A DNA stretch of 64,000 bases from a virus. Lineage: Duplodnaviria; Caudoviricetes. This document shows, one piece after another, positions 58,319 to 64,000 of this stretch. Both the position numbers and the translations under genes were made by a program. The DNA is taken from the IMG/VR virus record IMGVR_UViG_3300032007_000028. One strand, given 5' to 3'. Numbering within the stretch: the stretch's first letter is position 1; every line of letters begins with the position of its first letter. The notes under the pieces were generated by a model. It did not search any database, was not told the origin of the DNA, and saw only the letters and a program-made list of their open reading frames with translations.

Positions 58319-60061
58319 TTAATTTAGCGTGGGGTTTCCTTCTATTGTGAGAAAATCGTCGATTGGCATATGCGACAGTTTTTCATTGCCGACACTGCAG
58401 TATTCTTGCTTTTTGCCAACTATAGGCCCATCTTTGACGACTGTCACATAGTCGATTGACGGAGCGTTTTCGGCAACCGTTTTCCAAATTGAATCGAACC
58501 AATTAACTTTGCTGTCGACGGGTATTCTGAAGTATATCTCGCCATTGTCGCCACCGTACGCATATTTTATATTAGACGTACGCACGCGACAGAACTCTTC
58601 GTTCGTCTTTCTAGAAAGTTCTTCGAACAGGGACTTCGCTTCTTCGTTGGTCTTGTCTTCTAGGCTTTCGAATTTGCTTACGAGAGAAGCGATATCTTCC
58701 CTTTTCGTATTCTCTCTGAACCATTCGAGAAAGCCAGAATGTCTGTTCAACAACTCATTCAGATTCTTCTCATAAGACGCTTCTTTGAACATCTCTATAT
58801 AAGGATGGACGGAACCACATTCCAGAAGCTTGCCATCGTTGCGCAACATATATGGGGTATTCGATTTCAACATAGGTTCTTTCTTATTCTCGGTCAACGA
58901 CTTGAATCTCTCGTCCTCGTCATTGCCGTACAGACCGAACGAGAATGCGACGCCATTGGGCAACAAAGTGTATCCATCGCACGACTTCGCCAACGCATCG
59001 AATATAACGTTCGATGTGGTATATGTTTCGGAATATCTGTCGTCTTTTTCGTCTTTCTTATCGTGACTCGTAGTCTTCAGCTTTTTGCCCTTTGAGAACG
59101 AGAACGTGATGAAACTGTCCTGCGCAAGGGCGTTGGCAAGTTCCTCTGACGTCGTTTCATTCGGTCTTTCGATGATATACGTATCTGGATTTGCATCGCC
59201 AAGATAATAACCGGATACGCGAAGGCCATTGTTCTCCACATACGACACAGCGTTGTCATACGCGTCTTTGTTGTCGTCTCTTTTCTTTTCGTTGTGCTCG
59301 TCGACGTTCGTGGCAAGAATGACGTACTCTTCGCCAAATTTGACGTCTATGTGTTTGGACAATTCGTAGAAAAAACGTTTTGCGTTGTCGATGACCATCT
59401 GCTCTGAAAGACGCTCCAACGAAAGCTGACGAGACTTCAGCTTCTTCGATAAATCCTTCAATTCGTCCAAATAACCGAGATTGCGCATCTCCTTGAACAC
59501 GAGATTGCCGATGCCGAATTCTCCGTCTTTGGCGATTGATTCCTTACGCAAATCGTATAGGTCTTCGATGAAGTCGTAAATCTCTTCGTAAAGGTCATCT
59601 TCTTGCGTCGACTGCTTCGATTCATATAAAGACAACGGTATATTTCGTTCTTTGACGAAGTCGATGATTTTTTTCTTCATATCGTCTGGGATGACACCCA
59701 ATGACTTAAACTCGGAATTGTGTATGATGTCGTAAGCGGACCAATTCTTGCTTTCGTTTTTCTTAAGTCTGCGGTCTGAAATGAAGAAACCAGTAGGCTT
59801 TGCGAGATTCGTGCCTTTCAACTCTCCCAAAGAAAACGACAAAAAATCATCTATGTCTTTATACTTTTCGACTTGGGAAGTACCATGAATGAAAATCGGA
59901 TACACGTCTTTCAGAGAAAAGTCTTTGTCTTCGAAGTCTTCCGCATCATACGCGGGGTCGAGTATGATTACTGGACGACGCTTCGCAGGCGGGTCGTATT
60001 TATGGTCGTTCGGTACCTTGCAAATCAATAATTCGAAGGGCTTTAATACATAGTCTTTCAT
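58319..60061 (-). CDS. polyprotein: PemK/MazF-like domain, nucleotidyltransferase C-terminal helices and two unknown domains
   Basis: KRRPVIIL..GTSQ..LAKPT; IEDLY.LRK.S.A.DGEFG.GNLVFKE.RN.GYL..LKD; junctions LYE, LSE, LTE. Confidence 0.55.
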   Translation of the reverse strand: MKDYVLKPFELLICKVPNDHKYDPPAKRRPVIILDPAYDAEDFEDKDFSLKDVYPIFIHGTSQVEKYKDIDDFLSFSLGELKGTNLAKPTGFFISDRRLKKNESKNWSAYDIIHNSEFKSLGVIPDDMKKKIIDFVKERNIPLSLYESKQSTQEDDLYEEIYDFIEDLYDLRKESIAKDGEFGIGNLVFKEMRNLGYLDELKDLSKKLKSRQLSLERLSEQMVIDNAKRFFYELSKHIDVKFGEEYVILATNVDEHNEKKRDDNKDAYDNAVSYVENNGLRVSGYYLGDANPDTYIIERPNETTSEELANALAQDSFITFSFSKGKKLKTTSHDKKDEKDDRYSETYTTSNVIFDALAKSCDGYTLLPNGVAFSFGLYGNDEDERFKSLTENKKEPMLKSNTPYMLRNDGKLLECGSVHPYIEMFKEASYEKNLNELLNRHSGFLEWFRENTKREDIASLVSKFESLEDKTNEEAKSLFEELSRKTNEEFCRVRTSNIKYAYGGDNGEIYFRIPVDSKVNWFDSIWKTVAENAPSIDYVTVVKDGPIVGKKQEYCSVGNEKLSHMPIDDFLTIEGNPTLN

Positions 60062-60078
60062 CTGTTCACCCCACTTAG

Positions 60079-60318
60079 TTACCAGTCGGCCTCGTCCTCT
60101 ACGCTCGCGAACGAATCGTCATCTGGTTCTTCGATTGAATCGTTTCTGCGAAGCGATTCCATATATGCGATGTTCAATTGACGACGATATGACTCTTCGT
60201 CAGAATACGACTCTTTGAGCGACTTCAAAGATTCGACGAATTTAATCAACTCGTCGTCGGTCATCGATTTAACCTTCTCGACAATCTTCGAATATCTCTT
60301 TTCGTTTTTATCAATCAT
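60079..60318 (-). CDS. small helical protein, candidate antitoxin
   Basis: 79 aa with acidic tail; own TTGACA-N17-TATAAT promoter (60343-60371); directly upstream of a PemK-like domain. Confidence 0.5.
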   Translation of the reverse strand: MIDKNEKRYSKIVEKVKSMTDDELIKFVESLKSLKESYSDEESYRRQLNIAYMESLRRNDSIEEPDDDSFASVEDEADW

Positions 60319-60367
60319 AACGTCACCTCTACTCTAGCATAAATTATATAAGCACGTTTCTTGCGTG

Positions 60368-63322
60368 TCAAGCGACTTCGATGATTTTTGGCGTATAGTC
60401 GTCAATCCACCCGTCTTGGACATAGTGATGTTGATATTTGCCCAAGGCCTTACCTAACGGGCTTGACTTATATTTGTCGTCGCTTCTCGTCGTCACCACA
60501 CCGAAGTCATAGACATACTTACCTTCGTAACCGTCTTCGTTGATGTCTGAACCGTAAGTATCTGCTACTTTATCGAGAGGTGCATAGATATAGTATATCA
60601 CGTGTCCACCGTAGTCGTCAAGATAACTGTCCAATTCCCATTTACCTCTGAGCACACCGCTTTGCGCGAGCTGTGCATAGTAACCACGCTCCCAGGCCGC
60701 ATCGACCATCTCACGATGAATCAACTCATCTGCATCACACACGAAGAATCTCTTCAGTTTTCTGTCATACAATATACGTAAAGCTTTTTCTGATGAGCGT
60801 AGCATATTCGCCACTTCGTAAGGACTTTCCGTCGTGAATATCTCTTTATCATCATCCACGTACTCTTCTTTCAAAGACTCATGGGCGTCTCTGACATACT
60901 TTATACCGTTTTTCTCACAATACTGTATGGCATATTCGTTGTTTGTGTGCACAGTAAGTCTTACGCAACCAGCGAAAGCACGCATGCCAATCGAAGTTAC
61001 ACTATTTGGAATTGTAATAGATGTTAAGGAGTCGCAACGAGAGAAAGCATCATCACCGATTGAAGTTACACTATTAGGTATCGTAATCGACGTTAAGGAT
61101 TTGCAACCAGCGAAAGCACCTATGCCAATTTCCGTTACACTATCAGAAATCGTTATGGAAGTTAAGGATTCACAGTCATAAAAAGCGGCCCCGCCAATTT
61201 CCGTTACACTTTTTGGAATTGTTATTGACGTTAAGGAGGCACACCCAAAAAAAGCACTTTCGCCAATTCTCGTTATGCCACTAGGTATCATAATTGACTT
61301 TAAGGATGTGCAACCAGCGAAAACGGCTCTGCCAATTTCCGTTACACTGTCTGATACTGTAATTGACTCTAAAGACCTACAGGCAAAGAAAGCATCTTCG
61401 CCAATCGAAGTGACACTATTTGGAATCGTGATTGACTTTAAGGCCCCGCAGTCACGAAAAGCATTTTTGCCAATTCTCGTTATGTCGTCTGGTATTGCTA
61501 CTGACTTTAAGTAGGCACACCCAAAAAAAGCAAGGTCGCCGATTTTCGTGACACTGTTAGGAATCGTTACCGACTTTAATGATGTTGATGCTTTGACAAT
61601 CTCGGTACCATCGTCGCTTAAAGCAAGTCCATTTACGACTTTGGGTCTTTTTATAACCAACTTTGCATTAATTAAGTCAATCGGCAACGAGTTGAGTTCA
61701 GAATAATCTCGATAGTCTTTTTGATTGAACAACTCGAAATTTGTCTCTTTCAAGTATTCATTATCGTTCAAGAATTCATTGACATTAATCGTTCTTGGAT
61801 ATAACGCCAAGGCGTATTCTCCGTAAAACGTAGACGGGTCTAGAAAGTAGAAGAATCTCACCCCCTTTTTCGTATAATTGTTCCAGTGCTTCTTAGCATC
61901 TTTCGCGCTTGGATTATATTCAGGATGCCCTGCATGACCATATCTTCCAGTAGTGCACCAACCCGTGTTTATACCCAAATCCATCGAGGCTACGTAATCC
62001 AAAGGCTCGTATACTAAGTATCCATTCTTTTCGCCCAAAAAGTTATATTTGCCACGAACCTCGCGGGTCTTGCCCGACATCACGCGTTTTTTCTGAGCGT
62101 CTTTTTTGTCATCGTATAACGACAACAGCAAATCGTCCAATTGCTTTTTGTCGTACTTTAAGTATTGACCATAATCGACGGAAAGACCTTTGTTGAGCAG
62201 ACGTTGTTTGGCCTTCTCGAAGTTTTTCGCAGTATCTTCGCCGAACTTGGCGATGAAATCCGTCTTCGCAGATTCGTCCAATGCGCTTTCCCTAATCAAA
62301 GACTCGTCCAAAGGGTGCTCTGTCGACGCAAGAGCGTACTCTATTCTGTCGCGAAGTTCGAAGTACTTGTCTTCCCATTTTGAAAGTTCGTCGTCCAACT
62401 TCTCTCTGTCTATGTCTGGGATATCCGTCTGAACGGGCTTCTTAACCCAACCGTTTTCGATTGAATAGATGCCATTGCTTACGCCTTGGGGCTCGTCCAT
62501 TTCCACGTAAATCTCCGCAGGAATGCCTTTTATCTTTATTTCGTAGTTCTTGTTGAAGATAGAACGATACGCGGAATAAAGCAGAGGATACAACTCGTCT
62601 GGACACTCTAGACCTTCGCTGTCCGCTATTAAGTGAATGTCCAAGTCGCTGTCTTTCGTATAGTTGTAGTTGACGTTTGAGCCGATGAGAACGATGTCCT
62701 TGAGATTGAACTTGATTCCGTCCGCCTTCAACTCATCGACGAACGCATTTGCGATTTCAACAACTTTGTCTTTTACGTCTTGTCTCAATTCGTCGCCGTC
62801 GAATAACTTCTGATTCAGTTCGTCATGCTTCTCGATGTCCTCTTCGATATCGACGGCCAAAGCGTCGTGCAGTTTTGTGAAGTTGCCGACTCTGTTATTC
62901 AATTCCTTCTTTATATACGCCTTGTCCTCTTTCGAGATATCCGCAACGTATTCACCGTAATCGATGAAATCCTGTATCGACAAATCGTATGTGAATTTAC
63001 CTTCCGCTTTGCCGAATCTAAAAATGGTGGGCTTCTTCAATTTATATCTCTTTAGTTGTTCGGCGTCATCGAAGATTACCGTATCAGGCTCGGCTTCATA
63101 ACGCTTTACGTTCGTCGTGCCTACAGCGAAAAGAGGGAAGAACTGAGTTAAGTCCTCCTCGTCTTTCTCTTCTTCGTCGACAAACGTCTCCACAAGAATG
63201 ACCGGTCTGCCGAATTTTGCTTCTTCTGGGTCATTTAGATGCTCGTTTGGGACTTGTATTTTCCACATTTGCCATTCCTTGGGGAACGGCTTCTCTTTCA
63301 ATATGTTCTCTTCGTCAGGCAT
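60368..63322 (-). CDS. polyprotein: PemK-like, nucleotidyltransferase core, WCT-motif domain, BspA-type LRR and unknown C-terminal domain
   Basis: GRPVILV..GTT..LKKPT; GSNVNYNYTKDSDLDIH..EIYVE (GS..DxD..E); GWCTTG; nine 23-aa TpLRR repeats; junctions LDES, HESLKEE. Confidence 0.7.
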   Translation of the reverse strand: MPDEENILKEKPFPKEWQMWKIQVPNEHLNDPEEAKFGRPVILVETFVDEEEKDEEDLTQFFPLFAVGTTNVKRYEAEPDTVIFDDAEQLKRYKLKKPTIFRFGKAEGKFTYDLSIQDFIDYGEYVADISKEDKAYIKKELNNRVGNFTKLHDALAVDIEEDIEKHDELNQKLFDGDELRQDVKDKVVEIANAFVDELKADGIKFNLKDIVLIGSNVNYNYTKDSDLDIHLIADSEGLECPDELYPLLYSAYRSIFNKNYEIKIKGIPAEIYVEMDEPQGVSNGIYSIENGWVKKPVQTDIPDIDREKLDDELSKWEDKYFELRDRIEYALASTEHPLDESLIRESALDESAKTDFIAKFGEDTAKNFEKAKQRLLNKGLSVDYGQYLKYDKKQLDDLLLSLYDDKKDAQKKRVMSGKTREVRGKYNFLGEKNGYLVYEPLDYVASMDLGINTGWCTTGRYGHAGHPEYNPSAKDAKKHWNNYTKKGVRFFYFLDPSTFYGEYALALYPRTINVNEFLNDNEYLKETNFELFNQKDYRDYSELNSLPIDLINAKLVIKRPKVVNGLALSDDGTEIVKASTSLKSVTIPNSVTKIGDLAFFGCAYLKSVAIPDDITRIGKNAFRDCGALKSITIPNSVTSIGEDAFFACRSLESITVSDSVTEIGRAVFAGCTSLKSIMIPSGITRIGESAFFGCASLTSITIPKSVTEIGGAAFYDCESLTSITISDSVTEIGIGAFAGCKSLTSITIPNSVTSIGDDAFSRCDSLTSITIPNSVTSIGMRAFAGCVRLTVHTNNEYAIQYCEKNGIKYVRDAHESLKEEYVDDDKEIFTTESPYEVANMLRSSEKALRILYDRKLKRFFVCDADELIHREMVDAAWERGYYAQLAQSGVLRGKWELDSYLDDYGGHVIYYIYAPLDKVADTYGSDINEDGYEGKYVYDFGVVTTRSDDKYKSSPLGKALGKYQHHYVQDGWIDDYTPKIIEVA
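60959..61579 (-). repeat. nine tandem 69-nt BspA/TpLRR repeats
   Basis: LxSIxIPxSVTxIGxxAFxxC, nine copies; more AT-rich codon style than the flanks. Confidence 0.9.
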
Positions 63323-63998
63323 ATATCCAACTCCCGTCCTTCAAGGAATCTCTTGCGTAATCGCGAGCCTTTATCATTTTCGCGTAACTGAGAAGGAACG
63401 CATCGTCCGAATTGGGTTCACTTTTGGACTCGAACATCTTCTTTGCTTCCGACTCCAACTGAGCGATTCTTTCGTCAAGTTCGCTCTCGCTCAACGCGTC
63501 GATTTGCTTTCTCAATTCCTTTTTGCTCATTTTCATGTCCACCTTCTCGCTTATTATAGCACGCATACACGAAGAATGCATCAACGATTTCGCACAGCGA
63601 TGCTTTTCGAGAAGATTATAAGACGCGTTATGCGCTTTGTCAAGAGACAGAGATTCGTACATCTGCTTAAGATTGTCTTTCGTGTCCTCACTCAAATCGA
63701 ACGCATTGAAAACGTCGTTGACGGTTACTGAACCGCGTTCGAGGTCTGTGAATATTCTTTGCGTGATTTCGTTCAATATATCTGGAGAATAGCGAGAGAA
63801 TTCCAGCAACGCGTCTGGGAAGTCTTTGTGATAAGACCAAAGTTCTTCGCCATCGTCTTCGTTCGCTATGAGATAGAACCCAGAATCGAAATTCGACTTA
63901 TCGAGAGCGGCTGCTTTGCCCTTCTCCCAGTTTTTCAGTTCGTCCCAATTCGATATCTGAGGAACATCGCCTGCCCACTCCTCTTCATAGTCATAACC
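63315..63998 (-). CDS. 5'-truncated protein (frame open to window edge)
   Basis: No stop upstream of 63809 in this frame; C-terminal helical domain after ISE. Confidence 0.7.
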   Translation of the reverse strand, partial: GYDYEEEWAGDVPQISNWDELKNWEKGKAAALDKSNFDSGFYLIANEDDGEELWSYHKDFPDALLEFSRYSPDILNEITQRIFTDLERGSVTVNDVFNAFDLSEDTKDNLKQMYESLSLDKAHNASYNLLEKHRCAKSLMHSSCMRAIISEKVDMKMSKKELRKQIDALSESELDERIAQLESEAKKMFESKSEPNSDDAFLLSYAKMIKARDYARDSLKDGSWIYA

Positions 63999-64000
63999 GG

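Noticed and set aside
30548-61579. Diversity-generating retroelement acting on fibre or LRR genes
   Set aside because: No reverse transcriptase and no adenine-mismatched template/variable repeat pair were found in the window.
264-63731. The many + strand ORFs in the track
   Set aside because: Antisense shadows of - strand genes, with no recognisable motifs or SD context.

Overview
A 64-kb internal segment of a large lytic myovirus with a T4-like contractile tail. The host is probably a gut or rumen Bacillota species (RecU, strong AGGAGG Shine-Dalgarno sites, sigmaA-type promoters, anaerobic NrdDG). Essentially all genes are on the - strand. From right to left: (i) acidic multi-domain proteins punctuated by ESLKE/LxE motifs, probably head-packaged polyproteins with PemK-like, nucleotidyltransferase and BspA-LRR modules; (ii) a ~750-nt highly structured non-coding RNA; (iii) neck, sheath, tube, chaperone, tape-measure, baseplate and fibre genes, driven by a recurring GCTAAA(T/G)T late-promoter-like motif; (iv) SNF2 helicase, NrdD/G and a candidate phage sigma factor; (v) a bacterial-style replisome (initiator-like protein, DnaC-like loader, DnaB, primase, dUTPase, gp32-like SSB, family A polymerase, beta clamp, gamma/delta/delta' clamp loader, RecA, RecU), a glycosyltransferase/cytidylyltransferase DNA-modification-like cluster, and two tRNAs (Arg-UCU, Ile-UAU). 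The most striking element is the polymerase. It is split into two genes by an RHH plus homing-endonuclease cassette. The second half also has an in-frame TAA inside catalytic motif A (DFS*EKP-QQEPR), in a GUAA-tetraloop hairpin. A 12-nt gap must be skipped, which suggests programmed translational bypassing or a micro-splicing event. All family assignments come from motifs recognised by eye; no database searches were run.
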